Shown here piece by piece: positions 12,743 through 24,590 of a stretch of DNA of 64,000 nt. The notes below the pieces were generated by a model that did not search any database, had not been told where the DNA came from, and saw nothing but the letters and a program-made list of their open reading frames with translations. The stretch comes from Vicugna vicugna (taxonomy: Eukaryota): assembly GCA_013265495.1 (NCBI GenBank), contig MU058844.1, forward strand, positions 3,849,895-3,913,894. Direction: 5' to 3'. The position numbers and the translations under genes were made by a program. The first letter of the stretch is position 1, and each line of letters opens with the position of its first letter.

Positions 12743-13799
12743 GGGCCTACCCTCACCCACATCTATTTCTCCTATCCCTTGATCCCCTTTGTTGCCCCAG
12801 GTAATTCTACCCTAAACTGCAGGGGTCTAGCAGTAGGTAGGGTCTTTGGATAGTGGATAAAGACAGTCACACACCTCTCATCTCTCTTTACTCTGAACCG
12901 TCTTTCATAGACCCTAAAGAAATTCTAACATTTTGGGGTCAACACCAAAGATGAAAACATAACCCAGTCCTGAGATCCTTTTTCTGGCAAATGAATGCAA
13001 GCTAGTTTTCTTTTAAGCCATTGTTCTGGATGCTGGCTTTGGAAGAGGGGAGGATAAGGTGAGCCACCTTGGTGTTTCCTGCTTACCTGGGGAGAAGTTT
13101 TATTGCTTGATTGCTCTTAGAGACTGAGGTTAAAGAAGTTTTAAAAGGGGAAAAGGAGAAACCAATTTTAATAGTTAACTATAAAGGATTCCTAGAGTTC
13201 CTTTTCTTCCATCTGATAGAGAAAAGAAGCAACTCCTGTGCCTTTGTCTCGCAAGGCAGCTTTCTTCTACTCCCCAGGAGTTTACACTGCTATTCAGGAG
13301 GAAAAGATAACCCAGGATAAACTCAATCCTCCCCTGGGGCCTTAAAAGCCATCTCTTTAGTTGCTAACCAGTTGAACCCACAAATCTTAGATATATAGAT
13401 TTTAATCAGATCCCCTCCCAGTTTTTTTCTTGTCTTTCAGGGAATGATTTCTACCTACAAAGAGTTTGGAAACCATTTTGACAGTATAAGAGATCTTGTC
13501 TGTGATCATCCTCAAGATGCAAGCTAAGATGACCTAATTCCTCTCCCCTTCCTCCCAGGCACTATGTGGATTTCCATATGGCCACTTTCATCCAACACAA
13601 TGCAGCCCCATAACCTTTTGTTGTGAAAGAAAACCTGGTTCTTTTTTAAAAGCTATTTTTTAGTGTTTGCTTTAGCAACTAGCTGTAAAACACCTGTAAT
13701 ACTTTCAGTTATTCTAAGACATTATAAAAATGATTTCGGTGTACAAATGTCTTAAATAGTAGGATTTTTCTAGGAATCTAAAGATAGAAAAGCAGTAAC

Positions 13800-14040
13800 A
13801 TACAGATTCTACTCTTGGTCCCTGGAGTCAGATTGCCTGGGTCAAATACCTGCACTAACACTTACAGCAATGCCATCTTCGGAAAGTTATATAATGCCTC
13901 TGTGGCTCAGTTTTTTTCATACTTGAATCAGAATAATAGCCCCATGTTATAGGGTTTGGAGGAGGAGTAAATGAGATAATGCAGATGAAGCACTGAGCAT
14001 AGTGTCAAACTCAATATAAACACTCAATAGAAGTGGTGAT
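13800..14040 (+). mobile_element. MIR SINE
   Basis: 'ctggagtcagattgcctgggtcaaat...ctctgtggctcagttttttt...taaatgagataatgcagatgaagcactgagcatagtg'. Confidence 0.85.
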
Positions 14041-14669
14041 GATTTTGGCCATTGGAATAAAGAAGTAGAAAAGGATGAGTTGGCTCTGAATTGGACTGCA
14101 TGAATCCTGGTGTTCGTAGCCACTCATCCTCAGCTGGGATGTCCTTGCCTGCACTACTGGCTTCTGTACCCACCGCAGCTATTCAGATAGATGCATAGAT
14201 TGCCCCAGAGGTCATAGAAATTCTAACTTGGAGAGATGAGGCATAGATCCTCTTTTTGCCAATGCCGCCACAACGAAGAATTTAAAAAAAAAAACCTCAG
14301 AATTTCAAGGAGTATTAAGGGAAAATAAGAAAGAAACTGTCAAATCCAATCCAATTGAAAAAAGTGTCTACTCTGTGTCTAACATGTGTGAAGCTTTCTT
14401 GGGAGATCTGAGAAAAAAGAGAAGACCTACTCACTCCCCTCAACATTAGAATATGGGAGTAGAAATTTAGAGAAATAAAAAGCCCCCTGTCTGCAAATGG
14501 ATATATATTTTATTGAGGAGAAAGGGCACCTTATTCTTACGTTCCTTAAAACTCCCATTGTGATATAAAAAGCAGGCATGGTGCTCACAAACGTTTACTG
14601 TAGGGTCAGAGGAAGTATGCAATTTTTAATGTGCAGGAAAAAGCACACGGCCTCACACCCAGGCAATGG

Positions 14670-14925
14670 GATAATTAGAGAGAAGCAGTTAAGAGCACGG
14701 ACTCTGGGAACAGAATGCCTCAACGTGAGTCTGGACTGCTCTGCTTACTGGCTGTCTGACCTCGACGATTTACTTTAACCGCTCTGTGTGCTTTACTTTC
14801 CTCATGTCTCAAGTGGGAATGAGAATAGTCCTCCCCCATCGAGCTATCAGCATTAAAAGAGAAAACACACATGAGCATTAGCTCACAGGAGAAAGTCAGG
14901 AGCTCAATGAATGGCAGTTTTGATT
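14670..14925 (+). mobile_element. MIR SINE
   Basis: 'gttaagagcacggactctgggaacagaatgcc...ctgctctgcttactggctgtctgacctcgacgatttactttaacc'. Confidence 0.8.
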
Positions 14926-15244
14926 ATTATTAGCAAAGACTACTTTCAATTTCATTGGCTCCTTCTTTGTAAAAATTCATTTCTTTCCGATCTAAGAACA
15001 GTTTTGTCAGTTCAGTCCTCACCAAACCACTTTTAGGTGCTAAGTTGCCCATTGAGACATAAGAGTTAAGGCATGTATTTGGAAGCAGCTCTTGAAGTTT
15101 TTCAGTTGAAATCAATTTGGGGTTTTTTGGTTTTGGAAGCAGAAGTGGATTTGGAAATTTGACTGGTTTTTCAAATGGACGTCAGTACTGATGTCCTCAC
15201 TCCACACATGAGTGGCTATAAGGAAATCAGAGGTCAGAAGTTAT

Positions 15245-15455
15245 GTCGGCTGGTTAAAGCAGATAACCAGGCATCATAAACTGAGAATCATTTCTGCCTC
15301 TGCCACTGACCAGCTGGGCAAGTCACCTCATCTCCTAAGCCTGTTTTTCCTAGCTTCAAAATGAGGATAATAGGACTCTTCTACCCACACAGGGATGTTG
15401 AGCAGCTTAGTTAATTGATGTTTGCATTATGCTAGAAGATAAAAGGCACTATGGA
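15245..15455 (+). mobile_element. MIR3/MIR SINE
   Basis: 'ctctgccactgaccagctgggcaagtcacctcatctcctaagcctgtttt...aaaatgaggataata'. Confidence 0.7.
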
Positions 15456-16804
15456 AATATAAAGTATATTAAGGAGGAACAAAGTAAGGTATTCAAAGTG
15501 ACTGAGGATGCAATGGAACTAACAGATTGGGCAACAGAACCTGGAAGATAATATTAAGTTGGTGTAACACTAAGTCATAATATTGATACTAGGGTTTTGA
15601 AGAGCTCATTCAAAAGAATATTTTTGGATATGCAATAATTTCTGAGTACTGCAATACTTTCCTTCTTTTCCACATAAATGCTGACCTTAAAAATGGGCGA
15701 TGCCTACCTCAATTAAGGTTAAGTCTTTTCTACACTCTTCAATGAATTAATGCGACCTTTCTCATACTAACCATTGGTGTTGAGAGTGTCACTCTAAAGA
15801 TACTTATTTTGTTTTTATAGTGTTTGTTCTAGGTCAAAGATCAGAGACTGTCTGTCCAAGAAAATTAGCTAGATACAAATTTTTAAATACATTTTAAAAA
15901 GTCAACATTTTTCATTCCCAAATTCCATTCAGAAACCAGTTAGACCTTTTTTCCTGCTCATGACAATAAAAGCTGACTTGATTAAAGTGACTTTTTTTTT
16001 TCTTTTCTGTTACTAGTTCTGTTCTCTTCCTATTCCTGAGCCATCTGGTTTGACAACCCTAAGAGCTGAAATACTTTCCTTTGCAGTTTTTAGAAATGCC
16101 CCCCAGAGGCAAATAAGTGTTTGGCAGAACCAGTAAATATAAAGTATAAGAGGATATTTCCTGCCTGTTCTTTTTAAGGTAACGTGTGGAAGAGTCAGGG
16201 TAAGGGATAAGAACTGCTGTCTACCTGGCAGATTTGTAGAGACATTTCAGGGGGCGGGGAGATATATTTGCAAGGCCCAAAGGAATTTTGTCTCATTTCC
16301 ATTCTACAGTAAATAATGTAATAAATAGCACCCTGGTATTCAACTGTGTGTCAGTGACCTTGGATAATTTTCAGATTTTGCAGAGATCACCCTTCACACT
16401 AAAATGCATATGTCAGCGCTGACTTTACCCACTCCATCCATCTTTCTCCTACCTTTACCATACCAATGTCCTTTACTGACAAAAGACATCCTAAAAGATG
16501 AGACTTTTGAGAGGCTGTGGGCTGAGGTCTGAGAAACAAACACAAAACACCCCACCCACTCAAAAATGTAGCTTTAGAACTGAACTTTGCTAATAAGTGA
16601 AAACTATTTTTATTACTTAGAAAAAAATGTAGCTTTAGTTGACTTGGGAGCAGGGGTGTCTTGCTCCATAATCATAAAGTAGCATTTAATGACATTTTAT
16701 AGTTTATACATTATTGTATTTTGTATATTATATATTGACCATATCTCATTAATCTTTTCCATAAATAGCATTACACAGATCAGAATAAAATCAGAGATTA
16801 ACTA

Positions 16805-17017
16805 CTAAATTAGGAGTTTGGAATTAGCAGATATGCAGTACTGTATATAAAATAGATAAACCACAAGGACCTACTATATAGCATAGGGAAATATATTAAA
16901 TTTCCTGTAATAAGCTATAATGGAAAAGAATCTGAAAAAATATATATATAACTGAACTGCTTTGTTGTACACCTGAAACTAACATTATAAATCAACTACA
17001 CTTCTATTAAAAAAAAA
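16805..17017 (+). mobile_element. 5'-truncated artiodactyl-type L1 3'UTR with poly(A)
   Basis: 'aaattaggagtttggaattagcagat...aaggacctactatatagcatagggaa...gtacacctgaaactaacattataaatcaactacacttc' plus A tail. 'agagatta' occurs on both flanks as a candidate TSD. Confidence 0.9.
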
Positions 17018-19008
17018 GAGAGATTAGTCAAACAGGAGATATTTGAGCTTTTGCTTCCTTAGGTTTTGCACTGGAAAATGGGGGTTAGTTGGAAACTGAA
17101 AGCCAGTTGGCCTTTTATCACAAATTACTCTGGGTGACTACTAGGAGAAGACACTGGAGGAACAGAGGGGAAAACATAGTATTAGAAAGGAGGGGTTTGT
17201 GGCTTATCATTTCCCTCAAAGAATGTACAATCTATTGAATTTGTTTTCAAAATCTACTTCAGTAGAAGTGCCTGCCTGATTCACGTATGAGATCTTAAGT
17301 TTGCTGTTAAGGAGTCATTTCCAATTTTTTTTAAACAATAAGCTATAAATAACACAATGACAGGATTGTGTTGGCTTCCTCCTGACGTACTCTGGCTGAG
17401 GGTCTTGGTCAGAATCCTGAGGTGGAGAGCAGGAATTCTGTCTGAGCCACAGGGTAACCCAGTGCTTTTCCAAGATTAGCCGAGGAGGCAGCTCTCAGGA
17501 AGTAGGCTTCCTTGCCAGGCCCTGGCTGTGGGATTTCTGAATTTACCACGTAAGAAGGCTCCTGGCTTTGAGCACAGGGAGGTGGTTCCCCAGGCCACAG
17601 AGCCTCAGAAAAGATGTCTCTCTCTCTCTTCTCACTATTTATGTACAACTGAATTATCCATCCTTCCCACCCCTCCCCCAGGCTTTTTTTTTTTCCCTCT
17701 CTGGTGGCAAGGGACTGTAACAGTTAATTTCTGCTTATTAGGAGTTGCTCTCAGGATGGTCCTCTGCCCCAGGGGAGCGCTTGTGTAATGGCGACGCAGA
17801 ATCATATTTATAAATTCATAGTGATTCATCTCAGCACTATTACAAATGGCAGGCCCTCAGAAATTAGCACTGCATTTAAGCACAGCCACATAACTGGAAG
17901 ATTGCTTCTGGGCATGCTGCATGGTTCAAGATTTTTCTATGTTCCTAAAGTGTGTGCCTTAATGATTCATTAATTAGAATCTTTTATCGGAACCAGTTGG
18001 CACATCATTAATTTGTGCAGCCAACTTAAGGCAACTGCTATTTCCCTTTGATTCCTCTGGTGCAGACTGCAGGATGTGGACGGGAACAGCCTTCTCTCTC
18101 TTATTACTACTCAGCCTATATGTTTATCTGGCCCTGTCAGTGAGGGCAGGTTTGCATGCCCTCAGCCAAACAAGAGATCTTGACTGACCTCAAGGGAATC
18201 TGGAGGAAAAGGAAGTCTATCCTGAGACCAAGAGGAATATTGGCTGCTTCTATTTGCTTTGTACAGAATAGGTACTTAGCAAATATTTGATCTTTGTATG
18301 GTTTTATTACTTCTTTTTATCAGATTGGAAAGTGAGGAGTGAAAGAAAGTCTGGGAAAATTAGCATTTATTCCCTAAGTCTGGAAAGAAAGATATCAATT
18401 CATTTGGTATTAATGCAACAACTCAAGCCAAGGTCGATGTCTTTATCTAACCTGAACCCATATGTTCAATTCAATTTGGGCCAAAAGCATTTATTGAGCA
18501 TCTATTACAGCCTTGCCAAGAACTGTACTGCAAGCAGGGAATAGAAGAAGGATTCCCTGGTAATTCCCTAGTCATAAGGAGAGCTATTCATGGAATACAC
18601 CATTTAAATACGCCAGGTGTGCTTCTAGGAGTGCTTCCTGCAGTTGCTGAGGCTATAGTTTGCCTTGAATGTGAAAAGGAATTAGCCAGGTAAAAATAGC
18701 TTTTGCCATATGTGCAGTTTGACCTACTTTTCAGACATTACTGACTTGCCAGCACTTTCAAGACTGAAGGTTGATTTTTACTTCTCACTGTTTCATTCTG
18801 GCAGCTTCCCTGAGCATCCATACACTCTAAAGAAAGGTGGTTCTCAAGTGAAGTTACATTCACTGACCATTACAGCTCATCCAAGTGAAAGGTGGGCTCA
18901 GGATTCTCTAAAAAGAAGAATGTCCAGTGTTTCAGCACTACCTTCAAGGTCCCACCTGGATCTTATTCATTAGACTTTTTGGTATCCAAAATCAACCACA
19001 GTCTGCAT

Positions 19009-19228
19009 CAGGGGTTGGCAAGCCCTTTCCAGAAAGGGACAGGTAGTAAATATTCAAGGTTTTGTAGGATGGACAATCTCTATCACAACTATTCCACACT
19101 GCTTTTGTAGCTTGAAAGCAGTTATAGGCTGTATGTTAAAAGAATAGCTGTGGCTGTGTGCTAGTGAAACTGTACGAAAACAGGAAGAGGGCTGGATTTG
19201 GCCCCTGAATCATAGTTTGCTGATGATT
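19009..19228. mobile_element. MER58A hAT-Charlie DNA transposon
   Basis: 'caggggttggcaagcccttt...aagggacaggtagtaaatatt' to 'gggctggatttggccc...catagtttgctga'. Confidence 0.85.
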
Positions 19229-21224
19229 TAGCATTAAACAAATATATCTGGCCATCATTTGAGGTCAAAAAGCATTTTAAATTTTTAGGTAAATATAGAA
19301 ACTTCAGATATTGAACACTGAAATCAGGAGTCTAAACTCACTTTTAAATCCTTCTTATGCAATGAACACTTTCTATAAAATATTATGCTAAGTGATACGG
19401 ATAAAAGGAAGTGAAACTTGGTACTTACTCTCAAGAAGCTTATAATCTAGCAGGAAGCATGTTCTACAGGTGAGGAAATAGAGACCCTCAGAAATGACTT
19501 GCTCTTGGTTAAACAATAGCAAAGCCAGGATTCTTGAATTCCACCACAGCCCTTTGTCTGAAGGGTGAAGACCCTTGGGTCAGAATTGAGTTTATGAGGA
19601 GGAAGAGAGGATGTATGATTCACTGAGGTTCTTAGGCTCTTGAATCTTCGCTTCAAACACCTGCTAGAAACAACTGAAAGGAGATATTAAAGCTGTTTTC
19701 TTAACAATGCTTGAGTGAGGCCATGCATGGTTCATGCTAACAAGAGACTCATCTGGCTTCCCGTGTTGCTGAGAGTTCACCACTCACTGTATGTTCACCA
19801 AAAGCATCTGCCAGACATCAAAAGAGTTTTGTTGTCATTTGGCAGAAGAATCTCATCTTTTCCTAAGATCTCTGTCATGCTCACAGATAGAAAAACAAAG
19901 AGGTGGCTTTGCTAAAGCTGAAGAAGTCACTGGGAAAATTATTCTACAGTATTTTTATATGAATTCACATAATAAATATAATACAACTGCTAAATCCAAC
20001 AGTCTTTGTGCAATCTCATTCTTACGATATCTCTGCAGCATTTGATAGTGTTGTTTGCTAACCTCTTTTTGAGAAATTCTCTTGTTTCATGATATAGAAC
20101 TCTCTTCTCCTAAAATGGGGATTCTCCCAAAGAATGGTCCTGAGTCCTCTACCTTTTGGATTCTGTATTCTGTCTTTCAGCCCTGTCTGCTTTTAGGACT
20201 TCAACTCTCACCTCTAACTGAAGAAACAGGAAAGAAAGAGAAAGAGAAAATATTTATTTGGTACTTGAAGTGTTCTAAGGATCTAGAAATAGAAAACACA
20301 ATATCTTCCTCCAAAGATTTTGTAGTCTAGTGGAGACATAGAGAAAAAAAGGTAATGACTCTACAGATGTTAGATGCTAGTCAAGGCAGGTATGCAGGTT
20401 AACAGGTGAATAGCTGGGATGTGAAGAGGCATCTGTGAAGGTTCCCAGAAGAGGAAGAGCTGTGCTGAATGTAGAAATTTGAATATGAAATCAGAGTGTA
20501 GAGGTTCGATCCCCTTGAGACTGAATTTGCTGCTCCCCAATATTTACCCAGTGGGGTCATCTCTGACATTGGCTCCTTACTGCCCACTTCCCCAGTGCTT
20601 CCCTGACTAGCTCAAAAGCTGCTGGAGGTCAAGGATGGGCCTAGTTCATCACTGTGTCTTTAGCACCTGAGCAGTGCCTGGTACCTGATAGGGGCTTAGT
20701 CATATTTACTGAGGGATCAAAATTATTATTCTGACTTTATTACCAAGAAACTGAGTCTCAGCAATTGAAAATCAATTTATTTATGCACAAACACTGAGTA
20801 TTGGGAGATGCGGACATTTAAACACAGGCTTCTATGAATCCCTCACCATTTTTGGTTCAGTTCACCTAATATGACATCTCAGGCCCTACCTTCACTCTTG
20901 AGCCTCAATTCCATTCTCCAGTCCTTTTTTTGTTTGTTTGTTTTTTACTTTCTCCCTAAACGTACTGCCTCAAACTCAGCATAACCAAAATAGAACTCCT
21001 CATCTTCCTCCTGAATGGAGATGCTTCTTTCTTTCTGTATGATATCAGTATGTGTGACATCAATACCCATTTTATTGTGTTCTTGGACTCTAGGGTTTGG
21101 GAGTTGATTAAATAAGAAAATAGAAGGCAGGGGTATTTAGCTGACCAAACGTGACAATTTTGGCACATGGCTTCTCCCATGCCGTGATAATCAGCCCTCC
21201 GTGCTGAACAAACCTTACCTCTGA

Positions 21225-21425
21225 AGCAGCACCATCCCAAAGATATTGAAGCCACAAATGTAAACCTCACATGTCATTTCACATTTTCTCAGAGACATTT
21301 TAAGAAAAGTGAGAAGAAACAGGAAGAGAGAAAAAGAAATAGGTGAGATTAATTTTAAAAGCACATTTTGTCAATAGCTTAATAGCCACATATGGCTAGT
21401 GACTCATATTGAACAATGTAGTTCT
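21225..21425. mobile_element. MER33/MER3-like hAT-Charlie element
   Basis: 'aaaagtgagaagaaacagg...gagattaatttt' and 'aatagccacatatggctagtgactcatattgaacaatgtag'. Confidence 0.7.
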
Positions 21426-21692
21426 AGAAAGTCTTCAGCAAAGATTTTATAAGCTACCAAATAACACTAAATTTCTAAGTCATTCCTCATAATTTGCATC
21501 CCCCTGGTAATTCAATACCGTTACTACTCAAATCCAACTGGTTGCTGGGCAGGGTAGGGGGCTTGGTGAGGGGTATGTCAGCAACAAGGCTGAGGAGGGA
21601 CATGTCACTATCAGGAAAAGAGATAAATGCTGCAATTATAGCCTTTTTTCTTGATGTGTTTTTGATCTGAAAAATCCCAAATGTATTTGACA

Positions 21693-21735
21693 GACATGTT
21701 TCCAGAGGTGACATGTTTCCAGAGGTGACATGTTT
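21693..21735. repeat. 17-bp tandem repeat (gacatgtttccagaggt), ~2.5 copies
   Basis: gacatgttt starts at 21693, 21710 and 21727. Confidence 0.95.
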
Positions 21736-22837
21736 ACAGGAGCAATGTGTTTACAAGAATGCTGTGTCCTTCAGCTCTCCAATCTAAGGTCTGGAGAACA
21801 TTTATTTAATCAAAGTCTTCCAGCATGGGAAAGAAAGTCATGATGGAGCCTCTGACCATCAGTCATTTGCTTGGAGATGTCCTAATACAGTATTTATTAA
21901 CCACATGCTAGCCCTTGTCTTCAAGGTATTTCCTGTATCCTAAACTCAGAACCATAATGCTTTCTGAGATTTTTCTCTCCAATCGGATACCAAGTCCTAT
22001 AAATTCTTTATTAGAGAGTTGCTTGCATCCTCTTTCTTCTATTTTATTCTTAATGCTGCTTTGTGGCCCTCAACTTTATCACTTCATAGTTTAACCAACG
22101 CAACGATCTCCAAAGTGATTTTGCTACCTCAAGATTCTTTCTGCTTCACCATTCGCCATTAAATTAATCTAAGAGACTGCTTTGAGAACATCTCCTTCTC
22201 TCAAATTCCCCTTCACCTAATTAAAACAGAAACTAAAACCTCCCACCTCCTCACTTTATAAATGAAGAAATTTAAACTGATGAGTAGTAAGTCACTTATC
22301 CAGAATGACACAATTTAAAAATGGAAGAGCCGGATTTAAACCCAGGCTTCCTGATTATCAGTCTTGTATGCTTTCTACTACACATCCTGCCTATAGAATA
22401 ATGTCCAAACACTTTCATCTTTACTCCAGGCTTTGCCCCATTTAAAGCCTATTTATCTTGCCAATCTTCATTCTAACTCTCATACCTTAATCTGTCAACA
22501 CATTATTCCTTAAAAAGCCATTCATCCAGTTAGTGTAAAAATGTTTATTGGGCATGTCATGCAGGAGACATTCTGTTAGATGCCTAAAGGGACAAACCTT
22601 CACAGGCTGTGTGGGAGATAAGGCTGGCAAAGAAGGCCGAGGCCAAAACACTGACAATGTTGAAAGTCAGGCTAGGAGTTTGAGATTGAATTCATTAAAC
22701 AGGATAGAACAACAGACAGCTTTTGATTAAGCGTGTGAGATGACAAGTCTGGCTGAGTATGCAGAATCCATTAAAGTCAACAGAGCTTGGAGTAGTCTTG
22801 AGGTTGTAAAGTGGTAGCTCATGGAAAGACAAAAGAC

Positions 22838-23160
22838 TAGAGATGGTTTTTGTTTGGCTCACATACTGGTTTTGTGTGTGTGTATGTGTGTGTGTGAGTG
22901 TACATATGCGTGCATATATGTTTAAATAAAATCAGTTGCTAATGTTTAAAAATTAGAAGCTTATATAAAAATCAATACTTTGCAGTTCTCTTTAAAAGTT
23001 AGATACTCTGGAGACACAGTGAATGCGTTCCCACATAGCAAGAATCAGAAGGTACTGATGGGATGCTGACTAATTTGGATGGCGCATGCCCTTGCTAGCT
23101 GGATTCACTCATGAATGTTAACCCACCCGACACTTTAGGTATTGAGATTGAGAATCCTCT
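22838..23160. mobile_element. MER102-like hAT-Charlie element with internal (TG)n
   Basis: 'cagttgctaatgtttaaaaatt...ttctctttaaaagttagatactctggagacacagtgaatgcgttcccacatagcaa...taggtattgagattgagaatcctct'. Confidence 0.7.
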
Positions 23161-23459
23161 AACAGAAGTAGGACTGTTGGTAGAAAGGACTGAGCAAGAG
23201 AGTAGCATCAGAAAGATCAATGTTGGATTGAGTCAAGAAAAAGAGAGAGAGAGATAATATTGATATGAGTTCATATGCATACAATATACTTAAAGCTCAC
23301 CTAGGGCACACTACCATATGTTAGTTGAATTCAATGTTTTCCTCTGTGAGCATCCCTTGCACTCACCACTTCCTTCTACATTGTTTTCTAATGATCTCTT
23401 TATATGTAGTCTCCTTCTAGATCACTTAACAAATAGTATTCCCTTTGGCAACCTCATCT

Positions 23460-24590
23460 AAAAGAAAAATCAACTAAAAAAAATTAGAGATGAATTGGAA
23501 TTTAAATGTAAGAAATAAAACTTCAGATATGTTAGAATAAATTTTAAGAAAATATCTGTGGGAAAATAGTTTGGGAGAAGAAAAAATCTGACTGACCAAG
23601 ACTTGAAAACCAGAGTCATACGAAGAAAGTTTTAACTACATGAAAGTAAAATATATTTTCACAGCAAAAGATACTGTAAACAAAATAAAAAACTAAATGA
23701 CTGACAGATAAAAAGTTTTTGCACCACATCTGACAGACAAAGGGTGACTCTTCTTTAATATATAAAGAGCACCTACAAATTGACAAGGAAAATGGTAAAT
23801 TACACAATATATATTTTAAACACTGGCAAAACATCAATTTTCAGAAGAAACTCAATCAATAAACATGAAAAGCTGCTCAATTTTACTAGTAGTCAAGAAA
23901 AATCAAAGTAAAGCAACAAATTAATTACCTCATTTTGCTCTTCAGATTGCAAAAATTTAAAAAAGGTTGTAACATCTAAGTGCTGATGAGGATACAGGGT
24001 ATTCTGTATATATGAAATGTCACTTTCATATATTCCTGATAGGAGCCTAAATTGCTACAGACTTGGAAATTCACATGGCAATGTGTATTACATAAAAAAT
24101 GAACACATCTTTTTACCCAGTAATTCCACATTTGATATGATAATCTATCCTATAAAAATGACAACACTGGTGCATAAAGATATGCATACAAGGATGTTTA
24201 CTACAGCTTTATATGAAACAGTAAAGCACTGGAAACAACGTGAATATTCAACAGGAGAATGAGAGAATAAACTATGGTATATTTGTACTGTGGCATTGTA
24301 TATAATATTAGGTGAGAAATACTGATAAATGATAAGTAGACAGAATGATGTAATTATAAAAACAAATGACGAACTACATTTATGTGTGAATGTGTGGATC
24401 ATGGAAAACAGGGAGGGATAAAGAGGAAGATGTGGAAAGAAATTCACCAGTTTGTTTAGATGAGAGCGGGGAAGACGGGTGGAGTAGAAGGAGATTGTTC
24501 AAACTCTCTTTAGGTCTTTGGGCCTTTTGACTTGTTACAAGTATGTACTCCTTTGTAATTAATAAAAGTGAAGAAAATCTAAAATAAATA
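23460..24590 (+). mobile_element. Old L1 (L1ME-like) ORF2 3' end and 3'UTR
   Basis: 'aataaacatgaaaagctgctcaattttactagtagtcaagaaaaatcaaagtaaagcaac', 'caaggatgtttactacagctttat', 'ataaactatggtatattt'. Confidence 0.85.

Noticed and set aside
21693..21735. CRISPR-like repeat array or any prokaryotic system
   Set aside because: The units are directly tandem with no unique spacers, and the window is clearly mammalian with no cas or operon structure.
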